DNA of 17,026 nucleotides from Promethearchaeota archaeon (GCA_016839745.1 JAEOTS010000172.1:1-17026); one strand, 5' to 3'; shown: positions 8,369 to 16,131, counted from the first letter of the stretch. The notes: generated from the sequence alone by a model not told the origin. Numbers and translations are program-made.

Positions 8369-8863
8369 ATGGATGTCGATAAAAAAACTCTGGAAAGAAT
8401 GATAGAAGGGAATTTAAAATGGGATGAACTTAAGCCAATTATAAGCGGGAGAAAAGATCAAAACAGATTCGACAAGATTATGGAGATATTGCAGGAAAAA
8501 GTGAAATTCGACGAAAAAATACTTCTTCCTCTACACGAACACCTCTATATCGTAGCTAAAGAGGGTCAAAGAATAGTTAAATGTGATTGTGGTTACGAAT
8601 TTGGGGATTACAAAATTAATTGGAAGACAAAATGTAGGATAAGAGTTAGAGATTCAATTGATTCCATTGAGGAACTTTACCCTAAATTTATGGGAAGCGA
8701 TCCAAAATGGGAGGAATTGCGAGAATATTTTTGTCCTAAATGTTTTACTCTTTTAGATGTTGAAGCAGTGCCCCCGGGATATCCAACGATCTTTAATTTT
8801 TTACCCGATATTGATACCTTCTATGAGAAATGGCTAGGAAGAAATCCACCAGATAAGGAATAG
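8369..8863 (+). CDS. acxC: Acetone carboxylase gamma subunit (Zn-binding)
   Basis: KD..RF motif, KILLPLHEHLYIV, CDCGYEFGDYKINWK (CxC), REYFCPKC (CxxC), DVEAVPPGYP, FLPDIDTFYEKWLG. Confidence 0.93.
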   Translation: MDVDKKTLERMIEGNLKWDELKPIISGRKDQNRFDKIMEILQEKVKFDEKILLPLHEHLYIVAKEGQRIVKCDCGYEFGDYKINWKTKCRIRVRDSIDSIEELYPKFMGSDPKWEELREYFCPKCFTLLDVEAVPPGYPTIFNFLPDIDTFYEKWLGRNPPDKE

Positions 8864-9026
8864 AGCTTAGAATTAATACATAGTAAATTGATGCAAATAT
8901 TTAGATAATTACATTCTTAGCCAATTTTCATGTTTATTCTTGAAAAATGTTAATATAATAGTGTTACAATAACAAATTTAATGGTCAATAATAATAAATT
9001 TAAAAAATTAACCCAAATTTCGAAGA

Positions 9027-10529
9027 TTGATGGAATTATCTCCTCAACTCATTAAAAAAAACTATGGGAATAAAAAATTAGATAAATTTTCGGCAATAAA
9101 TCAACTCACCTCAATTATAGAAAATAGTGAAGATTTACAAGCCAGAATTGAAAGTATTAGTGTTTTAGCTCAAATTAACGCTAATACTGAGAGTGTTTTC
9201 ACGCTATTAGAAAATTTATTAATTTCAGATTCGCACGAAATTATAAGATATACTGCCGCAACAGTAATAGAAAAAGTATTTTTGGACATCGCTCTTGAAC
9301 CATTAAAATGGGTTCTTAAACATGAAGAATCTTTAAGATGCCTGTTAACAGTCTCCAAGATCTTAGGAAAAATGGATTCCTTTCAATCAAAATCATTGTT
9401 AATAGATAGGATTGAAAGAATTTCAAATGAAAAAATAGCAGAAAATTTAAAATTCTTGTTCGAAAAAAGAAAAATTGAAAGCTTTTCTAGCCTTGAACTT
9501 TCAAATATTGTTGAGAATTATTTTATTATAACGGATTTGGAAAAAAAATTTGGTCAGATTAGTTATCAGGTGAAAAATGGACTAATATTTCAATTAGATT
9601 TATCTGATGTCAGTAGTCATGTTTTTGGATGGACAATTTTGAATAAGTTTCCTGAATTTATAAAATTTTTAACTTCATTAAATAACTTAGATTTAAAATT
9701 TAATAGGCTTACTGCGATTCCTGACACTATTAGCCTTTTACCTTCAATAACATATTTCGATTTGAGTTATAATAAAATTAAATCTCTTCCTGATTCTATT
9801 GGATCGTTAAATGTATTAAAATTTCTGAATTTAAGATATAATAAATTAAAAAACTTACCAGCATCTATTGGTTCTTTATCATCGTTAATACATCTAGATT
9901 TAAGAGCTAACGAATTATCTTCCCTGCCAAATACGATTAAAAATTTATCAAAATTAGAAATTTTGGATTTACACGGAAACAACTTGTGCAAACTAAATGT
10001 GTCTTTTAAAGGAATGAATTCTCTAAAACAATTAGAGTTAGGATTGAATAATATCGAGCATCTACCTAAGTGTATTAAATCTCTTAAGTCTCTAAAAAGA
10101 TTAGGTTTAGGAGGGAATAAATTGTCAGTCCTTCCTAATTGGATTGGGTCGTTCCAATCATTAAAATTTTTACATTTATTTGATAACCAATTAAGTCAGC
10201 TTCCTAATTCAATTGGTACGATTTCTAATCTTGAAGAATTAACCTTATGGAATAACCGTATAACCTCGCTACCTAAGTCATTCAGTGCCCTTAGTAAATT
10301 AAAGAAATTAAATTTAAGTTGGAATCGTTTCGAAAGTTTACCTAGTTGGATTGGATCGCTTAAGTCTCTTGAAACATTAAGTTTATGGGGAAACAAATTG
10401 AAATCGCTCCCCAATTCCCTAGAAAATCTCACATCATTGAGAATCCTCGATTTAAATTTTAACAACATCACAGAAATACCGAGCTTTTTGAGCGAATTAG
10501 AAAAAAGTGGATTAATAATCTATAAATAA
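9027..10529 (+). CDS. HEAT-like N-terminal domain + leucine-rich repeat protein (about 12 x 23-aa LRRs)
   Basis: N-terminal helical HEAT-like segment (LLENLLISDSHEIIRYTAA...ALEPLKWVLKHE), then about 12 repeats of LxxLxLxxNxLxxLPxxIxxLxx. Start is TTG 9027 or ATG 9030. Confidence 0.9.
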   Translation: MMELSPQLIKKNYGNKKLDKFSAINQLTSIIENSEDLQARIESISVLAQINANTESVFTLLENLLISDSHEIIRYTAATVIEKVFLDIALEPLKWVLKHEESLRCLLTVSKILGKMDSFQSKSLLIDRIERISNEKIAENLKFLFEKRKIESFSSLELSNIVENYFIITDLEKKFGQISYQVKNGLIFQLDLSDVSSHVFGWTILNKFPEFIKFLTSLNNLDLKFNRLTAIPDTISLLPSITYFDLSYNKIKSLPDSIGSLNVLKFLNLRYNKLKNLPASIGSLSSLIHLDLRANELSSLPNTIKNLSKLEILDLHGNNLCKLNVSFKGMNSLKQLELGLNNIEHLPKCIKSLKSLKRLGLGGNKLSVLPNWIGSFQSLKFLHLFDNQLSQLPNSIGTISNLEELTLWNNRITSLPKSFSALSKLKKLNLSWNRFESLPSWIGSLKSLETLSLWGNKLKSLPNSLENLTSLRILDLNFNNITEIPSFLSELEKSGLIIYK

Positions 10530-10542
10530 CTGAGGGATTAGT

Positions 10543-11925
10543 ATTACGAAACGTACACCTTCTAAAATTTTTGATGAACTAAATAAGAATATCTTGGATA
10601 AACAGTCTGCCGTTCAGCAATTAATCGCAATAATAGAAAACAGCACAAAAACTAAGTATAGATTAGAAAGTCTTCAAATTTTAAGAAAATTAAGCACCAA
10701 ATTCGAGAATTTCGGAGGAAATAAGGATTCCTTACTAAGTTTTTTTGAAAATTTACTTATTTCGGATACAGATGAAATAATCAGAAATGAAGCTGCTCTT
10801 ATTCTACGTCATGGATACAATTATAAAGCGCTGAATCCAATGAGGTGGGCTCTACATCACGAGGTATCTCCACTCTGTTTACAGACGATTTTTAAATCAT
10901 TGATAATAATAGTTAAAAATCTTGTAAAAAGAAATGAACCTATAGCTAAATTAATATTAGTTCATGAAATAAAGCAAATTAATGACAAAGATTTTAAAAT
11001 AGGTTTTGAAGTTTTAAAATCTACCAAAGAAACTGGAGAATTTACTACTAGAGAGTTATCTGATATTTTAATAAATTACTTTTCCATAATGTACTTAAAA
11101 AAATCTTATTGGAGATTGAAGTACACGATTCATCAATGTAAAGTCATAGAGTTAGATTTTATTTTCAAAGGTTTAACAAAATTACCTAGCGCTATACAAC
11201 ACCTTACAAACCTCAAAAAATTAACTTTACGATATAATCAAATTACCGAACTTCCTGATTGGATTGAATCTTTACATGGTTTAGAATCTCTAAATCTAAA
11301 TGTAAATAATATAAACAATCTTCCGACAACTATAGGATCTCTTTCTCATCTAAAAGAATTATTGCTATGGAAGAATGAACTTCAAGATCTTCCAAATTCT
11401 ATCTGCTCCTTACAGTCATTAAAATATTTAAATTTAAGATTAAACCAAATTAAACTATTACCTTATAATTTTGGGAATTTAATAAACCTTATAGACTTAA
11501 ATCTTCACGATAACAAACTAACCGAGATTCCAAAGTCAATATCATCTCTCAAATCCCTAAAGGCATTGAATTTGAGTTGGAACTTATTATCAACTCTATC
11601 CCCATCAATAACTAGTTTAGGCTCACTTATATCATTAGATCTTGAAAGAAATGAATTGATACAAATTCCAACATCAATTGGTTCTCTTAAGTCGCTAGAG
11701 ATATTGAATTTGGGGGATAATAAGATAGAAAAAATTCCAGAAACGATTGGAAGTTTAAAGAAGTTAAGAATTTTAAATATATCTAGAAATAAATTAAAAA
11801 ACCTCCCGGAATCACTATACTCTCTTGAGAATTTAGAAGAATTATATCTCAGTGAAAACTATCTTGATATAAGTTCTATATTTTTGAAGAAATTGGAGGA
11901 TAAGGGAGTAAAAATCTTTCTCTAA
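10543..11925 (+). CDS. HEAT-like N-terminal domain + leucine-rich repeat protein (about 10 x 23-aa LRRs), paralog of the upstream gene
   Basis: Same architecture (FFENLLISDTDEIIRNEAA...ALNPMRWALHHE, about 10 LRRs). Track start is TTG 10594, but the frame is open from 10534 and similarity to the paralog extends to 10543/10546; the start is uncertain. Confidence 0.88.
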   Translation: MTKRTPSKIFDELNKNILDKQSAVQQLIAIIENSTKTKYRLESLQILRKLSTKFENFGGNKDSLLSFFENLLISDTDEIIRNEAALILRHGYNYKALNPMRWALHHEVSPLCLQTIFKSLIIIVKNLVKRNEPIAKLILVHEIKQINDKDFKIGFEVLKSTKETGEFTTRELSDILINYFSIMYLKKSYWRLKYTIHQCKVIELDFIFKGLTKLPSAIQHLTNLKKLTLRYNQITELPDWIESLHGLESLNLNVNNINNLPTTIGSLSHLKELLLWKNELQDLPNSICSLQSLKYLNLRLNQIKLLPYNFGNLINLIDLNLHDNKLTEIPKSISSLKSLKALNLSWNLLSTLSPSITSLGSLISLDLERNELIQIPTSIGSLKSLEILNLGDNKIEKIPETIGSLKKLRILNISRNKLKNLPESLYSLENLEELYLSENYLDISSIFLKKLEDKGVKIFL

Positions 11926-11942
11926 ATTATGAATTCTCGCCT

Positions 11943-13700
11943 TTATTGAGATTCATAAAGGCTTCTAATTTCTTCAACTGTCGTTGCGTCCTCAGGACCT
12001 TTTTCAGGTCGGACTTTTTGGAAAACAGGGAATCGCATAGAATATCCTAATGTAAGAAATTTCTCGCTAACCGTTATTTCATCCCCAAAAATCTCAACTA
12101 CGACTTCCGGTTTAAACCAAACATCTGGAATATCTTCACAAATAACATTATTGTGTTTTTTTTCAGTTTTATAATTCTCCATTTCTTTTGTTAGGGTGTC
12201 TGATAATTCATCGGTCAATCCTGAAAAAAAACGAGTAAAAGCAACATATTTACCATTCATAGGATCATAAACTGCTCCAATATAAGTTCCATATACGCCT
12301 GTTCTTCGACCCTTACCATAAAAAGCTCCAACTAATACAACATCTACAGAATCCTTTAACTTTCCTCCTTCTAATCCCTTTAATTTTATCCATAAGAATC
12401 CTCTATTTCCTGCTTGATATATGGAATCTTCTTTAATTGATTTTGCCATAATCCCTTCATTCCCTTCTTTTCGAGCTGCATTAAAAAATTCTAAGAGTTC
12501 CTCTGTATCATGGATTAATTTCGATTTGACTAAACGTAGTTCATCTCTCTCAGATACAATTTCCTCTAGCTTTTGTCTACGTTCCATAAAATTTTTACCA
12601 ATAAAGGATTCGTTTTTATACTTTAATAAATCAAATAGGTATAAACAAACGGGTACTTCCTTCATAATTTCTTCAACATCATACTTTCGCCTTCTTTTAC
12701 TTAAAACCTGAAAAGGTAACATTTTTTCGTAAAAAGAGTCCATAGCAACCACTTCTCCCTCTATAATCACATCATCAATTTGAACATTTTCAATTATAGT
12801 TTCACAAACATCAGGATATTGATCAGATATTTCCAATAATCGACGAGAAAACAATTTTACTTCCTGTCCCTGTTTATGGATTTGGAGTCTTTCACCATCT
12901 AATTTATATTCTGCAGTAAGAGGAGTTCCAAGTTTCTCAACTATCTCACCATAAGGAACTCTCGATGCCAACATCATCCTTATTGGTATCCCATAGGTCA
13001 TTCCTATTTTTTCTACTTCAGTAATTCCTTTTTCTGCTAAGATTTTTGTGATATCCCCTAAATCCGGATGCAAATTATATGCTTTTTCAATAATACTCCT
13101 ATTTTCTTTGCTACCCGTAAAACCTAATGCTAAACCATCAATTATAGTCATAGTTGAGACTCCTACTCTTAAGGTAGAAGTGATTATTCGTAATAAGTAC
13201 TTATTTTCTAGAGGGGCGCATTTTCGCATTAATCCTCTTAAAATTCCTAGTTTAACATCTTGTGATCCCGCTCCTTCACTTAAAGCAATTTTTTGCAGAG
13301 CTAAATATAATTCTGAAATTTCTAAAGAAGGTTCTAATCCGCTTGGACTATCCTCAAAATCAAATAGAGACATCTGTGTCCTCCTGTTAGTTAAAATTAG
13401 TTCTGCAGTAGCTCCAATATCGCCTTTCTTTATTAAAATTTCTTTTATTTTTTTTTTATCGATGCCAGAATGTAGAGTTAACGCTTCAATTATCATTTTT
13501 TCTGCAAGGCCAATTTTAGGGAATTGCTTTATGTTTGAAACTAACTCTCCCTGTAACAAGTATATAATTTTATCTAAATCTTCATAATTATTGCTTCTTT
13601 TTACCTCTTCAAAAAAGGCAGATAAGAAATCTATCATTTCAAGCCTTTTTGCAGTAGATTCTAAATTTGAAAAAAGGGTTGCTAAGATTTTAAATTTCAT
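11943..13700 (-). CDS. lig: ATP-dependent DNA ligase (archaeal/eukaryotic LigI type)
   Basis: N-terminal DNA-binding domain; motif I EYKLDGERLQIHK, IIEGEVVA, LFDLL, EGIMAK, YQAGNRGFLWIKLK, DVVLVGAFYGKGRR, SMRFPVFQKVRPEK. Confidence 0.97.
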   Translation of the reverse strand: MKFKILATLFSNLESTAKRLEMIDFLSAFFEEVKRSNNYEDLDKIIYLLQGELVSNIKQFPKIGLAEKMIIEALTLHSGIDKKKIKEILIKKGDIGATAELILTNRRTQMSLFDFEDSPSGLEPSLEISELYLALQKIALSEGAGSQDVKLGILRGLMRKCAPLENKYLLRIITSTLRVGVSTMTIIDGLALGFTGSKENRSIIEKAYNLHPDLGDITKILAEKGITEVEKIGMTYGIPIRMMLASRVPYGEIVEKLGTPLTAEYKLDGERLQIHKQGQEVKLFSRRLLEISDQYPDVCETIIENVQIDDVIIEGEVVAMDSFYEKMLPFQVLSKRRRKYDVEEIMKEVPVCLYLFDLLKYKNESFIGKNFMERRQKLEEIVSERDELRLVKSKLIHDTEELLEFFNAARKEGNEGIMAKSIKEDSIYQAGNRGFLWIKLKGLEGGKLKDSVDVVLVGAFYGKGRRTGVYGTYIGAVYDPMNGKYVAFTRFFSGLTDELSDTLTKEMENYKTEKKHNNVICEDIPDVWFKPEVVVEIFGDEITVSEKFLTLGYSMRFPVFQKVRPEKGPEDATTVEEIRSLYESQ

Positions 13701-13806
13701 TTTATCATACTATAGTTTTATCTAAGATTAACGTTAAGTCACTATTGAAATTCTTATTATTTAAGAAAAAGGCTTAAAATTTAAACCCCAATATTTAAAA
13801 AATTAG

Positions 13807-13817
13807 AAAAAAAAAAA
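13807..13817 (-). terminator. Oligo-U archaeal terminator candidate after the gelsolin-domain gene
   Basis: T11 run on the minus strand immediately after the TAA stop at 13820-13818. Confidence 0.5.
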
Positions 13818-14717
13818 TTATAGAAATTTTGAAAGCTCTACAAATTTCTTCTGTATTTCCGTTTTAACATTGGTAGAAATTCCAGAAAAAGAATCTGAAG
13901 TAAATTTAATCTTACCATCGGAAATTGAGAATTCGCAGACTTTGCCGTCCATATGTTCGACAGAATACCCCCCATCCTCTTTCTTCGAAATCCATATGTC
14001 ATCGTAATGATCTAATACTCCAATAAACACAAATCCTATTTTTGCCTGAACAGCAAGATCCAATTTAGATTTGGGAGCGATAGATTGTTTTGGTATGGAA
14101 GCGGGGGTAGCTTTTACAATTATTTCCTCAACCGGCTCGCTTATTTTTGGAGTCTCAACTTTCATATCATATTCAGAAGCAGGTATCATTGTTGGTTGAG
14201 GTTGAGCTACTTGTTTAATGGGTTCTGGTTTGCTTATGGGTGTGGGTACAGATTCTGGTTTGCTTATGGGTTTGGGTACAGTTTCTGGTGTTACTTTTGG
14301 TTCAGGTTTAGTTGCTGGTTTGATTGCTGAAGGGAAATCTGCTTCTAATTCAAAAGTAACAGTATAATCATCTAAAGGTTTAAAATTTTTATTTAACAGT
14401 GTTTGGAGCTCGTCGTTTAATTCGTCGATTTCTAGTACTCTCCCAATTTTCCTTTGATCTATTTCTTTTAAATGTCTAATATCTCTTCCCACTATACTTT
14501 TACCCACTGAAAAACCATGCCCTTTTAACGATTCTGCCTGTCTGAGGGCGGTTCTCCTTGAAACTAAACCTTGATTAGCTCCATACCACAAATAAAGCGA
14601 AGATGATCCTTCATCTAAAATTATAATATTATTATCAGGCGTTAAATTATCTTTAGACCATTTAATAGGCTCACTTACGCCGCCTTCTAAAACCTGAAAC
14701 ATTATTGCGAATTCCAT
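13818..14717 (-). CDS. Gelsolin-like domain protein with Pro/Lys/Glu-rich linker and an unknown C-terminal domain
   Basis: N-terminal ~110 aa (LTPDNNIIILDEGSSSLYLWYGANQGLVSRRTALRQAESL) fits the gelsolin/villin repeat pattern L..D..ILD....hYhW.G.....+..A...A..L. A low-complexity linker follows, then ~80 aa of globular-looking sequence. Confidence 0.7.
   Translation of the reverse strand: MEFAIMFQVLEGGVSEPIKWSKDNLTPDNNIIILDEGSSSLYLWYGANQGLVSRRTALRQAESLKGHGFSVGKSIVGRDIRHLKEIDQRKIGRVLEIDELNDELQTLLNKNFKPLDDYTVTFELEADFPSAIKPATKPEPKVTPETVPKPISKPESVPTPISKPEPIKQVAQPQPTMIPASEYDMKVETPKISEPVEEIIVKATPASIPKQSIAPKSKLDLAVQAKIGFVFIGVLDHYDDIWISKKEDGGYSVEHMDGKVCEFSISDGKIKFTSDSFSGISTNVKTEIQKKFVELSKFL
14223..14312. 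repeat. 30-bp coding tandem repeat (2 near-identical copies + 1 degenerate)
   Basis: TTCTGGTTTGCTTATGGGTGTGGGTACAGA / TTCTGGTTTGCTTATGGGTTTGGGTACAGT / TTCTGGTGTTACTTTTGGTTCAGGTTTAGT; encodes TVPKPISKPE / SVPTPISKPE on the minus strand. Confidence 0.85.
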
Positions 14718-14872
14718 GAATTATCTTCTCAACAATAAATATTTATCATCATTAAATTATATTATAAAATTAATAGATTTCATACATTTAAAAATTGAGT
14801 TTTTTAATCTGTTTTTTTTAATAGTACTTAAAAAGCACAAAGACAAAAAATAAATGGTAGTAATTTGTTACC

Positions 14873-14900
14873 TTAAGTATTAACTGTTAAGGATTAACTG
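14873..14900. repeat. 14-bp tandem direct repeat in the divergent promoter region
   Basis: TTAAGTATTAACTG followed directly by TTAAGGATTAACTG (1 mismatch), ending 35 nt upstream of the hisC-like ATG. Confidence 0.6.
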
Positions 14901-14935
14901 GTAATTAAACCATTTCTAAAAACAAGGTAAGTAAA

Positions 14936-16027
14936 ATGGAAATTGAAAAGTTGTTCAGAGAAAATCTTCAAAAGTATAATTCGTATGAAACAGAAGAACA
15001 TCCAGAAGGCGATGGTTGGATAAAATTAAATGTTAATGAAAATGCATATCCCCCAATCCAAGAAATACTCGAGGATATAAATTCTGCTTTGAAAAATAAA
15101 GATTTATTGAGAAAATATCCCGATCCGCTTGCTCTTGAGCTTCGTAAAGCGATTCTAAATCAACTTTTAAGAGATAAAGACACATTAACTAATAGAAACA
15201 CAGTTTTTATAGGAAATGGCTCAGATGAAGTATTGGATGTTATCTTTAAAGTATTCGTTAATCCTGGCGATGAAGTAATCATTCTATATCCAAGTTTTAG
15301 TTTGTATAAGGTTTTAGCTACTCTTTACGATGCAAAAATAAATGAGATAAAATTAAACGACGATTTTTCTATACCAGAGAGCATTTATGACCAAAAAGGT
15401 AAACTAATGTTTATAAATTCTCCGAACGATCCAAATGGAAAATCGTTTGATAACGATGCGATACTTAAAATTTGCTACAATTTCCCCGGAATTGTCGTAG
15501 TAGACGAAGCGTATGCAGATTTTTCTGACTTTACATGTCTGCCATTATTGAAGGATGTTAAAAATTTAATTGTTTGCCGTAGTTTCTCAAAAACATTCTC
15601 AATGGCCTCTCTAAGAATTGGGTACGCATTAGCTGACGCAATAATCGTTAAAGAAATGAATAGAGTTAAGTTACCTTTTAATACAAATAATATTGCACAA
15701 TTTGCAGCTATCTCTTGTATTAAACATAGGAGTAAAGTATACGAACAAAATAAGAAAATTATTGCAGAGAGAAAAAGACTGACTGAAAAATTAAATATCT
15801 ATAATGGAATAAGTGTCCTTCCTTCAGATTCGAACTTTATATTTTTAAAATTTGATAATAAATCTACTACATTAAAATTCTTATGGGATTTAAAAGATCT
15901 CAAAATTTTGGTAAGACATTTCAGTAAACCGGACCTTTATAATTATATAAGAATCACTATTGGAACAAAAGAAGAAAATGATAAATTTTTAGAAGCATTT
16001 AATTCCATTGCTGATAAATATTTATAA
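14936..16027 (+). CDS. hisC: Histidinol-phosphate aminotransferase-like (PLP-dependent class I/II)
   Basis: Motifs KLNVNENAYPP, YPDP, GNGSDE, NSPNDPNG, DEAYADF, RSFSKTFSMASLRIGY (PLP lysine), PSDSNF, IRITIGT. Confidence 0.85.
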   Translation: MEIEKLFRENLQKYNSYETEEHPEGDGWIKLNVNENAYPPIQEILEDINSALKNKDLLRKYPDPLALELRKAILNQLLRDKDTLTNRNTVFIGNGSDEVLDVIFKVFVNPGDEVIILYPSFSLYKVLATLYDAKINEIKLNDDFSIPESIYDQKGKLMFINSPNDPNGKSFDNDAILKICYNFPGIVVVDEAYADFSDFTCLPLLKDVKNLIVCRSFSKTFSMASLRIGYALADAIIVKEMNRVKLPFNTNNIAQFAAISCIKHRSKVYEQNKKIIAERKRLTEKLNIYNGISVLPSDSNFIFLKFDNKSTTLKFLWDLKDLKILVRHFSKPDLYNYIRITIGTKEENDKFLEAFNSIADKYL

Positions 16028-16131
16028 ACCCAATATATTTATACAAAATTTTTTATTTTCTTCACATAATAATTAATTATTAGATTTAATTATCCAAAAC
16101 AAATTTAAATTGCTAGTGGAGTTGGTTTTGA

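Noticed and set aside
9170-10471. Minus-strand ORFs within the first LRR gene
   Set aside because: Antisense shadows of LRR codon periodicity.
9660-11880. 69-bp periodicity as a possible CRISPR array or DGR template/variable repeat
   Set aside because: Explained by protein-level LRRs; nucleotide copies are divergent, and no identical repeat-spacer pattern, adenine-specific pair or reverse transcriptase was seen.
12421-13587. Plus-strand ORFs 12421-12711 and 13048-13587
   Set aside because: Antisense shadows of DNA ligase.
11943-13700. DNA ligase as a further AMP source in the AMP-phosphorylase module
   Set aside because: Housekeeping gene on the opposite strand with negligible AMP flux; no evidence of linkage.
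13728-13737. Palindrome TTAACGTTAA upstream of lig
   Set aside because: 10-bp AT-rich dyad that can occur by chance; no second copy noticed.
14085-14330. Aromatic-rich 81-aa plus-strand ORF (FWFAYG repeats)
   Set aside because: Reverse-complement product of the Pro/Lys-rich linker repeat.
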